DNA of 63,529 nt, filler included, from Octopus bimaculoides (taxonomy: Eukaryota), in NCBI RefSeq assembly GCF_001194135.2. It is 6 parts of 5 records of this genome, joined end to end, with 100 filler letters (N's around TTAATTAATTAA, not from the genome) between each part and the next. Parts side by side here need not be neighbours in the genome. Positions count along the whole stretch, not along the records: positions 18,894 to 44,839 come from NC_068984.1; positions 44,940 to 58,578 come from NC_068985.1; 4 more parts are not named here. One strand, written 5' to 3'. Below, piece after piece: positions 37,240 to 50,959 of the stretch. Below the pieces are notes generated by a model, which worked only from the letters and a program-made list of their open reading frames with translations, was not told where the DNA came from and did no database searches. The translations under genes and the position numbers were made by a program. Each line of letters begins with the position of its first letter. Positions within the stretch are counted from its first letter, which is position 1.

Positions 37240-40200
37240 TGTAAGAACCGACTTGAAAAGGGACATACAGTGTCTCGCTAACTTCCATCTTAATTCTAAT
37301 GATATCCTTAGTCTATATTAAACAAATACAATCAAAATCCAACCGGTATCTTGATCTGATGCTAGTCATCTGACTGGCGATGCTACTTTTATGTAGTATC
37401 TGTGTAGAACAAACAAGCATAAGTTGTTCACCTCTTAGCTTAAGTCAACCAGTGCATAGCCAAACCTCAACCATTAATGAATACCAATGAATCTACCTAA
37501 TTGCATTAATAAGAAAAATGAAACCTGTTGTCAGTGTGAGGGTGGAGGTAAAATATTGCTGTTAAATTTAACAAGAAATTATATCTGATATACTTACGTT
37601 ATTAACTTATTACAAAGAGTCACAATGATCAGGTGAGTATTTAAATTAATAAACGGGGGGAAATGATACCATGTATGCAATTACACCACAATATGAAATC
37701 CGGAATTCGAGTTATATTTCGCAACAATTAGTTCATAGGAACGTTTACAGAAGTGAACGATAAACTCAATTACCACAAGGGATAAAAAATTAATTTTTCG
37801 AGTTCTTTTCTTGCGTCTGATAGTGAGAAAATGATAAAAAAAAATTTTTTGACAATAACACATCCGCTATTTTCTTCACTCCCAATCTATGCGAAATTTT
37901 AAATTCTTTATTCGTAACGATAAGGTGTGCGGTATGTTGTATCATTTAACGAAGATCTACTACTTCTCAGTTTGTCTAAAACTAACTGGGTACATGTTTC
38001 CTTCTTAAATGTTCAAGCTAACGAGTGTACCACTAGGCAATCGCTGGAATTGTTAGAAACAACAGCCCCAAAATTCTCCCTATTCACATTCATCAATCAT
38101 GAAAAGAGATGACGTACCAATAAATGTGGTCTCAAATTCACTGTCCCTTTAACTAAGTGACAACGTTCAAAACCAAGGTAACGGTACTGCGTGTAGCAGT
38201 GTCTGATGAACTATTTGAACTTCCTAAAGGAAACGAATTAATGGGACTGGCAAAAGCTATGGCCTCTAAATTGGGAGTTAACTGGAGGTGTTGATATATT
38301 TGTATTGTTGTTCTTGCGCTTATTGTTATTGTTGCTGCTGTTACTGTACGTTTCTAATGTTTTGCCTCGAGCAAATTACCGAACAATTATGTAGACCGAA
38401 CTCGATTCAGCATGCTATATGATAGGCAGGCGATTTGTTATATGGAGTATGATATCGTAAAAATAACATACAAAAGAAAATGCAATGCAAATACATTTAC
38501 AGCAATTACTCCAGATCATAATGGCTGTAATATTTGATATTGATAAAAAAATAAACAAAAAATTAAAAACAAAACAAAAGAGAACACATTCCGATACTGA
38601 GCTAACGGTATTTAGCATTGAATATACAAATTAACTTTGAATGGATAACAATCTTGCAGAGGAGAAATTATCAAATGATAAGCTGATTTTTTAATACAAC
38701 ATTATTTTTCAGATAAATAAATTACTTTACCGTAATTGATTTCCTTCTACTAACATGCAGCATCTTGAAATAGACAAGCACATTGATGGTCGATGTTTAA
38801 ATGTATGTTCGGCGAGAAGATTGCATCATAGGAAAGTGAAGAATGTCAGTGATCTACTTCGCATCGAGCATATTTTTCTATCTGCAATTGGAAGTATTCA
38901 ATATGAACTCAAATATGAAAGAAGGCAGCTGTTGTACAGAACTATTTCACTACAGAATAAATTGCTGTTGAAGTTGGGGGTAACGATTTTAAGCATGAGN
39001 NNNNNNNNNNNNNNNNNNNNNNNNNNNNNNNNNNNNNNNNNNNNNNNNNNNNNNNNNNNNNNNNNNNNNNNNNNNNNNNNNNNNNNNNNNNNNNNNNNNN
39101 NNNNNNNNNNNNNNNNNNNNNNNNNNNNNNNNNNNNNNNNNNNNNNNNNNNNNNNNNNNNNNNNNNNNNNNNNNNNNNNNNNNNNNNNNNNNNNNNNNNN
39201 NNNNNNNNNNNNNNNNNNNNNNNNNNNNNNNNNNNNNNNNNNNNNNNNNNNNNNNNNNNNNNNNNNNNNNNNNNNNNNNNNNNNNNNNNNNNNNNNNNNN
39301 NNNNNNNNNNNNNNNNNNNNNNNNNNNNNNNNNNNNNNNNNNNNNNNNNNNNNNNNNNNNNNNNNNNNNNNNNNNNNNNNNNNNNNNNNNNNNNNNNNNN
39401 NNNNNNNNNNNNNNNNNNNNNNNNNNNNNNNNNNNNNNNNNNNNNNNNNNNNNNNNNNNNNNNNNNNNNNNNNNNNNNNNNNNNNNNNNNNNNNNNNNNN
39501 NNNNNNNNNNNNNNNNNNNNNNNNNNNNNNNNNNNNNNNNNNNNNNNNNNNNNNNNNNNNNNNNNNNNNNNNNNNNNNNNNNNNNNNNNNNNNNNNNNNN
39601 NNNNNNNNNNNNNNNNNNNNNNNNNNNNNNNNNNNNNNNNNNNNNNNNNNNNNNNNNNNNNNNNNNNNNNNNNNNNNNNNNNNNNNNNNNNNNNNNNNNN
39701 NNNNNNNNNNNNNNNNNNNNNNNNNNNNNNNNNNNNNNNNNNNNNNNNNNNNNNNNNNNNNNNNNNNNNNNNNNNNNNNNNNNNNNNNNNNNNNNNNNNN
39801 NNNNNNNNNNNNNNNNNNNNNNNNNNNNNNNNNNNNNNNNNNNNNNNNNNNNNNNNNNNNNNNNNNNNNNNNNNNNNNNNNNNNNNNNNNNNNNNNNNNN
39901 NNNNNNNNNNNNNNNNNNNNNNNNNNNNNNNNNNNNNNNGTGAAATCCTAATCTCCTGTATTGCAAACATAGGACAAAAATAAGATGGGAGACAGAAATG
40001 TCACCTCAGATATGCTAGAAGGAAGAGGTAAAGGACAGGATTTCTTGGAAAACCTCCTCTTAAGTTTATATCGAAGATCAGGCTTTTAAATACGCTCATC
40101 ACAAACACAAATTACACAACAGCAAAAGATCATTTCAATTGAGCTTGAGCTGTAAATTTGCACAGAACACTGCAAGAATTAATAATTCGCACAGACGTTT

Positions 40201-40619
40201 TACCTAGAGTGTGTGCATGCATGTGTGTATGTCAAAGGAAGTTATTTTATGACATTCTTTCATTTGAAGAAGCAAAGTTGTCAACTCGACATACATGGGA
40301 TCATATGAGTGTTTATTAATTTCTGTAAAATTGTTTTAATTTCTGTAAAATTGTTTTAATTTCTGTGTGTTTTGAAAGAAATTGAGAGGAGAAAGTGTAA
40401 GATGTACGTGATATGAAATGGACGTGTCTGCGTGAGAGAAAGAGAGAGAGAGAGAGGTAGAAAGAAGGAGAGAGTGAGTGAGTGAAGGTGTGTGTTGGGA
40501 TGTATGAAATTTTTTGCATGTATATGCATGTAACACACTCTCTCTCTGTCTCTGTCTCTCACTCTCTCTAACACCCATTATCTTTCATATATACGTACAT
40601 AAATAGGCGGAGGTAATAT

Positions 40620-42423
40620 ACTACACTTCCAAGAAATGTATGAAGTTTGTTGGGGGTCATAGCTTGTAAAGGATTATGGTTCATTTTTAATTTATTAGTT
40701 TTTTCATGAACTACTAAATCTAAGACTAGAGGACTGTGTCTGTTTAGAATGCAAGGCAGGAGTGCATTGACAGTTCATAGCTAGGTATGGTCATAAATAC
40801 TGTCAAGATTTTAGTAGTAGTATAACGAAACTGTCTATAAAGGAGGCTGAGTAGGGGTAGACCCCGAATCAAGATGTTAATTACCAGTTAAACGGGTACT
40901 GTCGGTGATTGCTTATCAACAATATTGTTATGTCGTATGAAGATAAAATTTAAGATTATCAAAAATGATACCATAACCAAAATAGATAAAATGTGTATAT
41001 ATACCAATTTTCAACATTAAAAAGGGAAGATTACATACAATCAGTTTAATATTCATTCATGTACTTAATCATTTAATTATTAGGTGGCTTCTATAATGAC
41101 TGTTCTGGGCATTTACCTATGGAATACTGGAAAGATAAACATGCTATCTATATATTAATTATAAGCTAAAAATCAGAGAAATATAAAAGTTGTGTACAGA
41201 TGCACACACATGTTTATCTATGTGCACACATGCAAATATACACAAATATTGATACGTTATTATGGATATATTATAATCAGCTCGCATAGACTTAAGTAAC
41301 TAGAAAGTATATATCTCTGTTTCAGAACAGTAACAGCTTATAAGGGATAAGAGATTAATAGGTAAAGATGACAAAATAAGAGAACAAAATAATCAGAATT
41401 TATAGAGAATAGTAAGAAATATAAATAACTTACATTTAAAGAGACAGGGTATTAAAATTTGAGGTAGGAAGAGATAGAGATAACCCCATAGAGGAAGCAA
41501 TAGATATAGGAGTAGTGAGGGCAGTTGGAGGTATTCAGACCGGAGAGGTATTTTATAAGCTGCAAAGTTACCGGTGCTATTTACATATATGATTTTATAG
41601 TTTCTCGGGGGTATATAATTAGGAAACTTACATAAAAGCCATTACAAAAATATAATATGACCAGTAAGGTAGAACATCATAGAAAGGAACAAATAGTTTA
41701 ATCACCAAAAACATGATGAAGTCAGACTAATTAGCCAGGATTATTCATGGGAAAGTAGTTACATGTAGCACAGCACATACCATACCATATAGCTTATAAC
41801 ATATGCAATGCAATTTAATTCACCATATAACACAATATCCGATGATTTTATTATGTATAATACTAGAGGGTAAGTTCACATAAGATACGCCACCAAAAAT
41901 TAATTTCCACCACCTAAGTTCAAATATAGCATCTATAAACGCTAATTTCGAAAATATTTAAATGCACGGGTGACTCTATGTACGCATGATACCCTTAGGC
42001 CTAATCTACCTCAATCATTGCTAGTATATTAATGAAGTTGCTCTTGTCCCTATACTTAAAACTCTCATAAGTTTCCATAGAACACTGCTCACACCCGTAT
42101 CGACTATCTCTATAAGGCTTCGCTTTCCTCATTATATCCCATTTAAGACTAAATTCGATTCCGCTTTCCTTTGGTTACCAAATCTTGCTAGATAAAGACG
42201 TACAATTGGCTTTATGTTTGAGTTTAAAAGATGAAAAATGGTTATTAATACGTTTTTTCTATTTATCGAACATCCTGTATATAAATTTACCAGCCACAGT
42301 TATGATTGTACATTTATAAATTGCGTTTTGGATTAGACATCGGCCTAATATACGGACAGTGGGATTTAACTTTACAATTGCAACCAGTAGAATTACTACT
42401 ATTAACATTATTGATATTCATAC

Positions 42424-42489
<66 letters not shown>

Positions 42490-43630
42490 CATCATTATTA
42501 ATATCACTATTATTATTAATCCTACTACTACTATTGCATGTGTTATTTTCATATCTGTTATCATCTATCCTTCCCTCAACTGTAGTATTATTCAAATTCA
42601 TCTCAGCATCAACAAGCATGTCAGTAATATCTGTGCTAGTATAGATCTCGGAATTACAGTCTATATTGTATATATTAGATGCGTTAGTACCGTTGTTTCT
42701 ATTTCTTACGTCACCATTAATATTATTCTCAGTGTAGGGTTTTAAGTTAGTGTTGACTGTAATATTATCATTGACACGTCTTGCTAACTTTATATACTTC
42801 CTATTTAACCTTGCTATGATGGTACCAATATTAGGGAGGGTAGAATACGAGATTCTAATTGTCTTACAAGAAAAAGTTCTGTTATATCGATGGAAAGCAG
42901 GGACATTTTTTTCTAATATTATCATAAAGTTCCTATATATGTTTGTGGATATGGCACAGTTGAAGGGAACGTTATACCAGATCAAGTCATTATTTTCAGA
43001 CTTCTGTCGTGTGTAAGGGCGGAATCTACCTGCTTTTTCAACGCCTCCCAAAATTGTGACTTGGTTATTAGGTATGGCTCCATCATCAGTATTTTTCTTA
43101 TCATTATAGGGTGGAGTAACTTGCCCGTTCACCTGACTAACTTTATTATCTAAACTAAAATTCATACTTGTTATAACATCTAATTTCCTATTGTTGCTTA
43201 TATTTTTATTTGAATTGATGGGTTAGTTGGATGCTTTCCTAGTTGGTTTGTTTTCTCGACCAATTAAGTTTGTAGTCCTCCTCTCACTTAAAATCTCATT
43301 ATTTTTATTATTATTAGGTGTTATACTTTCAGGATTAAGAACGGTAATTTCATGGTCGTATCTTGCCTTAGATAAGGCGAAGTTGTAGTGGGGGGAATGG
43401 GTATTAAAAATGTTTTATTAGCTAATAATTTCGTAATTATCTTAGAAATACTTTTGACCATCGATGTTACCATATTAGCGGGGTGATTTGATAATTTGTT
43501 CACGTACCACGTAACTTCACCTGGTTTCCTATAAGGGTGGTATAATCCTGAGTTAGTATCTAAAGTAGTATCTAAGAAATTTGCTACCTTTGTGCCGTAT
43601 TCAAACGTTATACCTAAGCTGAAGCTTTAA
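40620..43630 (-). mobile_element. Penelope-like retroelement (RT C-terminus, Asn-rich linker, GIY-YIG endonuclease, long 3' region)
   Basis: ANFLDTTLD..LYHPYRKP, SNHP, IWYNVPF..ISTNI..ISYSTLPNI, CNCKVKSHCP, HFSSFKLKHKANCTSLSSKIW..LKWDI..CEQCSME; the 40620 boundary is approximate. Confidence 0.88.
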
Positions 43631-43844
43631 AAAAATCCTCTAATTCTTTACCTCATTCTTTCTATGACTGAATGTTGTCACTAGGGATTATGAATACAGC
43701 AGCGTCTCGATATAAACCTCCCTGCAATTCAGGGATTTCACTATTGAGGCATTTTCAGCTGAATTACTCGAGCCCATGTCTATATATAATGAGCAACGCG
43801 GTCGACCAGAAACAATCTACCTATCTATCTATCTATCTATCTAC

Positions 43845-43908
<64 letters not shown>

Positions 43909-44055
43909 ATATATATATATATATATAATTCATATAAAATTAATAACACCTACATTGCAAACAGCAATATAAGTGTTATTCACACCTTTAGCCAAGTTTC
44001 TTTGACGATTANNNNNNNNNNNNNNNNNNNNNNNNNNNNNNNNNNNNNNNNNNNN

Positions 44056-44840
44056 TTTTGCTATTTTTGTTTTGAGATGGATAAGTTGAAAATTCGTAGT
44101 TTTAAAATATGAGTTCTTTCTTGGAGATACAGCATCACAGACAGCTCGGAATATTATTCTAATGTTATTACACTTCCGACTGTATCGAATTGTTTTGCAA
44201 AATTTCGTTCTGGTAACTTTGACCTCACAAATGAGCAACGCGGTCGACCAGAAACAAAGATAGATAACGTCGAATTGAAAGCTACTGTCGAGTCAGATCC
44301 ATCTCAAAGTGCCCGTGAATTATCGTTGTTGTTTTGTGATAGCTAGCAAACAATATTGATTCACCTAGTTCAAATCGGTACAGTGAAAAATTTGGATAAG
44401 TGGGTTGCACATGAACTCAATGAAAATCAGAAACAGCAACGTTTTGATGACTGCATTATGCTACTTTCACGTCACAAAAATGAATCATTTTTGAATCGAA
44501 TTGTGATGAGAAATGGATCCAATACAACAACCGTTAAACGTTCAGGTCAAAGGTTGAACAAAAACGAGCCACCAAAACGCAGTCTAAAAGCAAAATTCAT
44601 CAAAAGAAGCTGATGGTATGTTTGGTGGTCTGGCGCAGGGGTGATCCATTATGATTTCATTAAACCTGGCTTATCAATCACGGCCGAAGTATACTGCAGC
44701 CAACTGGACCAAATGATGCAGAAACTTACATAAAAACAGCAGTGATTAGTCAACAGATCCACTTCATTTTTATTGCAAGAAAACGCCAGATCACACATCA
44801 CCAAAATGACTTTGGCGAAACTACAGGAGTTGGAGTTGGN
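44056..44840 (+). mobile_element. Mariner transposase remnant
   Basis: YEFFLGDTASQTARNI, FRSGNFDLTNEQRGRP, LDKWVAHELNENQK, LLQENARSH. Confidence 0.9.
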
Positions 44841-44939
44841 NNNNNNNNNNNNNNNNNNNNNNNNNNNNNNNNNNNNNNNNNNNTTAATTAATTAANNNNN
44901 NNNNNNNNNNNNNNNNNNNNNNNNNNNNNNNNNNNNNNN

Positions 44940-45247
44940 CACGCAGCTATCCTCATTCATTCTCACCACATGTCCAAACCAGCGCACGTCTCTCTTGCAC
45001 ACCACTACTGATGCTTCTTATGTTCAGCTTTTCTCTCAAGATACTTACACTCTGACGGGTATGCACATTCACATTACACATCCAGCGGAGCATACTGGCT
45101 TCATTCCTTGCGAGCTTACGCATGTCCTCAGCAGTCACAGCCCATGTTTCACTGCCATGTAGCATGGCTGTTCGTACACATGCGTCATACAGTCTGCCTT
45201 TTACTCTGAGTGAGAGTCCCTTTGTCGCCAGCAGAGGTAAGAGCTCT
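44940..45247 (-). mobile_element. RTE-type LINE RT C-terminal fragment
   Basis: ELLPLLATKGLSLRVKGRLYDACVRTAMLHGSETWAVTAEDMRKLARNEASMLRWMC. Confidence 0.9.
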
Positions 45248-46451
45248 TTAATATATATATATATATACACTCTAGTGGGATCTGTGAATATTTCAGGGAA
45301 TTAATGCTAAACCCGTATTACATTATTTCTGAAAACTTTATCCCCAAAACCTGAAAGTGTTGCCTGTGTTGTGTCTGTATCAAGAGGTTGTCACTCATCT
45401 GCTAATCATTAAAAAACTGAAGGAAATTGGTGCATGATGATTATTTCATGCACTTTATATATACACTTTATATACTTTATGCAGTTTTATAGACTTAATA
45501 TGCAGCATTCTCCCTCTTTCCCTCTCATTCTTTGCCTTACGCTCTCTTTCACTCTCTTTTTTCTATCACTCTTCGCCTTTCCCTTCAACTAGTCACGTGA
45601 AAAGTGTTTACAGATAGGTTAATTAACAGAGGTAAAAAAAAAAAAACTTAGTTCAAAAAAAAAAAAAATTACACATTTCACTCACCACCATCTCTCCCTT
45701 CCCGTCCCCACACCTCCCCTCTTCCTTCAACTAATCATATGAAAGCATTACGGATGGGTTAAGTAATGGAGGAACAATCAGAACAATAAGATATATATAT
45801 ATATAAATAATACAGAATGGGACAAGAACGCAAAACATCCAGACAGTTGGGTGATACAAGAAAGGGACAAAACATACAGATAGACGATACAAAGAAAACA
45901 CGGACAGGTCATTCGGAGTTTTCTCTCTTCAGTCGAGATCCAGATTCTTCTTGCAATTTCGGCTGGTTATTCTCGATATTTCTCCAATCTGGCAAGCCCC
46001 AAGGAAAAACTAAGCTAAGAGCATTAGATTCCTTGAAAGAAAGCAGCGAATGTATACAAAAACGAGGACGGAAAAGAACGAACAATGTTACACAAATACA
46101 GTAGGAATAATAACAGGACATAACAGATGTCTTTCGACTAAGGACGAATATATATATATATGAGGGGCTTCTTTCAGTTTCCATCTAGCAATTTCAGTTA
46201 CAGGGGTTTGGTCAACCAAGAAGATATAGCAGAATACACTTGCACAAGGTGAAGCACAGCAGGACTGAACCATCATGGGTTTAGTGCTTTTGAACATAGA
46301 TCCTCTTAACCAGAGATGGCCTAGGGTTAAACAACAACAACAAGAACACAGTCAAACAAACCAACAAAGAAGACTCTATGCAGAAGGAGAAACATTTCCA
46401 TGGATCAACCCAAATGGTTTACAAGGTGAACAGATATAAAGAGGAACTTAC

Positions 46452-46593
46452 CCAAGGTCATACAAGGGGCAGTATGGAATGCAGAGTTTGCGTAAGAAGG
46501 TCCAGATATCATTGTAAGTCCAATAAAGAAGTGGGTTTACTCTCATATAACTTGGCCAACCAGCATCAGTCTCAATAAAGGGTTGCAAATTTT
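46452..46593 (-). CDS. FLAD1: FAD synthase exon E ([47 protein letters not shown])
   Basis: Acceptor aattatttcag, donor GG|gtaagt; 142 nt, phase 1 to 2; GWPxxMRxNPLLxWTYxDIWxFLR and PYCxLYD motifs. Confidence 0.95.
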
Positions 46594-47827
46594 CTGAAAT
46601 AATTCAAAGGCAAGATGAGCTATTTAAATATACATACACATATATATATATATATATCATCATCGTTTAACATCTGTTTTCTATGCTGGCACGGGTGGGA
46701 TGGTTTGACAGGGGCTGACTAGGCAGAAGACAGCACGAGATTTCACGATCGGTTTTCTCAGGGTTTTTAAAGCTAGATGCCCTTCCCAACACCAACTACC
46801 TTACAGGGTATATATTGACATTTGCGCCAATAATAAACGACCTAGATTCAGAATTTTTCCCCTCTATCAATTCAGGGACGATGCAACCTGTAGTCAGCAC
46901 ATTAGAAAAGAGTCATTCATCGTTTAACGTCCGCCTTCCCTGCTAGCATGGGTTGGACGATTTGACTGAGGACTGGCGAACCAGATGGCTGCACCAGTCT
47001 CCAATCTGATCTGGCAGAGTTTCTACAGCTGGATGCCCTTCCTAACGCCAACCACTCCGAGAGTGTAGTGGGTGCTTTTACGTGCCACCGGCATGAGGGC
47101 CAGTCAGGCAGTACTGGCAACAGCCATGCTCAAAATGGTGTATTTTACATGCCACCTGCACAGGAGCCAGTCCAGAGGCACTGGCAACCACCTCGCTCGA
47201 ATGCTTTGTTCACGTGCCAGTAAGGCGACGCTAGTAACGTTCANNNNNNNNNNNNGCTTAGCGGTATTTCGACTGCCGCTACGTTCTTAGTTCAAATTCC
47301 GCCGAGGTCGACTTTGCCTTTCATCCTTTCGGGGTCGATAAATTAAGTACCAGTTATGCACTGGGGTTGATGTAATCGACTTTCTCTGTCCTTGTTTGTC
47401 CCCTCTATGTTTAGCCCCTTGTGGGCAATAAAGAAATAAGAAGCTTGCTTACCAAACACATAGCTTTGGGTTCAGTCCGACAGCGTGGCACATTTGGCAA
47501 GTGTCTTCTACTATAGCATCGGGCTGACCAAGCCTTGTGAGTGGATTTGGCAGACGGAAACTGAAAGAAGCCCGTCGTATATATATATATATGTCTATGT
47601 ATATGTTTGTATGTCTGTTTGTCTCCCTATCCTCACTTGACAACTGATGTTGGTGTGTTTACATCCCCCATAACTTAGCGGTTCAGCGAAAGGGACCGAT
47701 AGAATAAGTACTAGGCTTACAAAGAATAAGTCCTGGGATCGAATTGTTCAACTAAAGGTGGTGCTCTAGCATGGCCGCAGTCAAATGACTGAAACACATA
47801 AAAGAAACAAATCAGTGACCAACTCAC

Positions 47828-47949
47828 CTGAATAGGGGTCTGTTATTCTTGTACCCATGAATACAGCTTTTACCTGCGGATTCTGGACTTTTAGTTCTGC
47901 TAAAGATTCCTTGATTTTACCATTTAATGTAATCATTTTTAAGTTGTAA
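47828..47949 (-). CDS. FLAD1: FAD synthase exon D (YNLKMITLNGKIKESLAELKVQNPQVKAVFMGTRITDPYS-E)
   Basis: Acceptor atctgttttag, donor G|gtgagt; 122 nt, phase 2 to 1; MGTRxTDPYS motif. Confidence 0.95.
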
Positions 47950-50900
47950 CTAAAACAGATAAAGGGCAACGCATGAAATTCCGTATGAAATTGTCCACAA
48001 GATTTTATAAAAAGACTTCAATAAAAAAAAAAAAAAAGCTAAAAGCAACAAAAATGAAAACATTATCTAATTACAAATTAACGAGGGAGACTCTTATTAC
48101 CAGACCAGAGAATTGCTCATAAACCTCATGATCAAGAGTTTGGTAGCCTAACCATACCATCATCATCATCATCATCATTTTCCTCACCACCACTACCACC
48201 ACCATCACACCTGCCCCCCCCCACCCCTACTGCTACCACCACCACCACCACCACAACCAGCATCAATGTTTTAACAGCCACTTTTCCATGCTTGCATGGG
48301 TCAGACATGCTTTGCTGAGGTAGATATTCAACAGCCGGATGCTCTTCCTGTCACCAACCCCCAACTATTTCTAAGCAAGGTGAGGTGTTATTTCTCCATG
48401 GCTATAGTCACACATGTTTCCGCACACATTTGGAAACCAATGACACCACTTGTATGTCGATGCTCATTTGCAGCTATCACATTCTATCGAGACTAATTGG
48501 TCGTTAGAGTGCCATGCTAACAATGCCAGTGTTGTGGGTTCAATCCCGATACTGGCCAGCTAGTCATTTTTAAGTGCCCTAGCATGGCAAGTATAAAGAC
48601 TGAAAAAAAGTAAATGATTAAAGATACACACTCTCTTCCACTCTCTCTTTTTTTTTAAGCCTGATACCTAATCTATCAGGCTCTTTTGCCAAACCACTAA
48701 GTCATGAAGATGTAAACAAACCATCACCAGTTGCCTATGGGTGTCATAGGAGGCAAACACAGACACACATTTCACTATGCTGGACTGCTAAATCTACAGG
48801 TTTTTTCATTCTTTCACTCTGTTTATTTTTTATTATTCCTTTCTGTTGAAGAGCATAGGCTTGAAATGTAAAAGACTTTTTCATTTTCCCAAGTGTCAAA
48901 CTAATACACTTGCTTGTTGTTCATACACTTGTCTTCGTCTTTTGTTTTTCTATAAATTTCGACCACATGTAGATATATCATCATTATCGTTTAATGTCTG
49001 TTTTCCAAGCTGACATGGGTTGGACAGTTGACTAAGGTCTGGAAAGCCAGTGGCTGCACCATGCTCTGATCTGATCTGGCAATGTTTCTACAGCTGGATG
49101 CCCTTCCTAATGCCAACCACTCTGAGAGTGTAGTGAGTGCTTTTTACATGCCACTGGCACAGGAGCTAGTCAGGCATTGATCCCATTCAGATAGTGCCTT
49201 TTACATGCCACCGGCACAGGAGCCAGTCGGGAGGCACTGGCATCAGCTATGCTCAGATAGTGCTTTTTACGTGCCGCCGGCACAGGAGGCAGTCAGGCAA
49301 ACCTGGCATCAACCACGTTCAGATGATGCTTATATATACATATATATTACTGCCTGGTATCTTAGGAAAATGTTTTTTTTACTATAGTCCCATGAGAGGA
49401 TTTGATAAATGAAAACTGGTTGGCGTTAGGAATAGCATCCAGTCATAGAAACCATGTGAAATCAGATTGGAACTTGGTACAGATCATCATCATCATTATC
49501 ATCATCATCGTTTAACGTCCGCTTTCCATGCTAGCATGGGTTGGACGATTTGACTGAGGACTGGTGAAACCGGATGGCAACACCAGGCTCCAGTCTGATT
49601 TGGCAGAGTTTCTACAGCTGGATGCCCTTCCTAACGCCAACCACTCAGAGAGTGTAGTGGGTGCTTTTATCCAGTTTAACAATTCCAGTCTAGCCATCTA
49701 ATTCATGCGAGCATGGCAAGCAGAACAAAAAGATGGTGATGATGATGATGATATATATAGACATGGCTGTGTGGTAAGTAGCTTGCTTACCAACCACATG
49801 GTTCCAGGTTCAGTCCCACTGCATGGCACCTTGGGCAAGTGTCTTCTACTATAGCCTCAGGCCAACCAAAGTTTTGTGAGTGGATTTGGTAGACGGAAAC
49901 TGAAAGAAGCCCGTCGTATGTTTGTGTGTGTCTCTGTTTGCTTCGCCCGCCTTCGCTCATCAATCGATGCTGATGTGTTTATGTTCCCCATAATTTAGCG
50001 GTTCGGCAAAAGCAACCGATAGAATAAGTGCTAGACTTACAAAGAATAAGTCCTGGGGTCGATTTATTCGACTAAAATCCTTCATGGCGATGCTCCAGCA
50101 TGGCCGCATATATATCTGTGCTGTGTTGGGACCGGCATGTCAAAGAATAGACCCAACGTTTCCTCTGCGTGTTGGTTTGTTTACGCCGTCGTAACTTAGC
50201 GATTCGGCAAAATAAGCTGATGGAATAAACATCAGGCTTAAAAAATAAGACCTGGGGTCNNNNNNNNNNNNNNNNNNNNNNNNNNNNNNNNNNNNNNNNN
50301 NNNNNNNNNNNNNNNNNNNNNNNNNNNNNNNNNNNNNNNNNNNNNNNNNNNNNNNNNNNNNNNNNNNNNNNNNNNNNNNNNNNNNNNNNNNNNNNNNNNN
50401 NNNNNNNNNNNNNNNNNNNNNNNNNNNNNNNNNNNNNNNNNNNNNNNNNNNNNNNNNNNNNNNNNNNNNNNNNNNNNNNNNNNNNNNNNNNNNNNNNNNN
50501 NNNNNNNNNNNNNNNNNNNNNNNNNNNNNNNNNNNNNNNNNNNNNNNNNNNNNNNNNNNNNNNNNNNNNNNNNNNNNNNNNNNNNNNNNNNNNNNNNNNN
50601 NNNNNNNNNNNNNNNNNNNNNNNNNNNNNNNNNNNNNNNNNNNNNNNNNNNNNNNNNNNNNNNNNNNNNNNNNNNNNNNNNNNNNNNNNNNNNNNNNNNN
50701 NNNNNNNNNNNNNNNNNNNNNNNNNNNNNNNNNNNNNNNNNNNNNNNNNNNNNNNNNNNNNNNNNNNNNNNNNNNNNNNNNNNNNNNNNNNNNNNNNNNN
50801 NNNNNNNNNNNNNNNNNNNNNNNNNNNNNNNNNNNNNNNNNNNNNNNNNNNNATATTCATTATATTTCGTATTATCCTCCATCATGTTTTTTTTTAATAC

Positions 50901-50959
50901 TTGAAATGTGTGTTTGGAAGAGCAACCAAACTTTTCTTCAAATTTGAATTCGTCGTAGT

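Noticed and set aside
37980-38040. GGTACACTCG on minus as the possible missing FLAD1 G-YTSLG exon
   Set aside because: Reads YTR-stop and lacks a proper acceptor
38755-39970. Longest ORFs in the track (398, 342, 325 aa); similarly 20272-21243, 50072-50885, 56111-56705, 60181-61213, 62161-62981
   Set aside because: They are open only because they run through Ns or microsatellites
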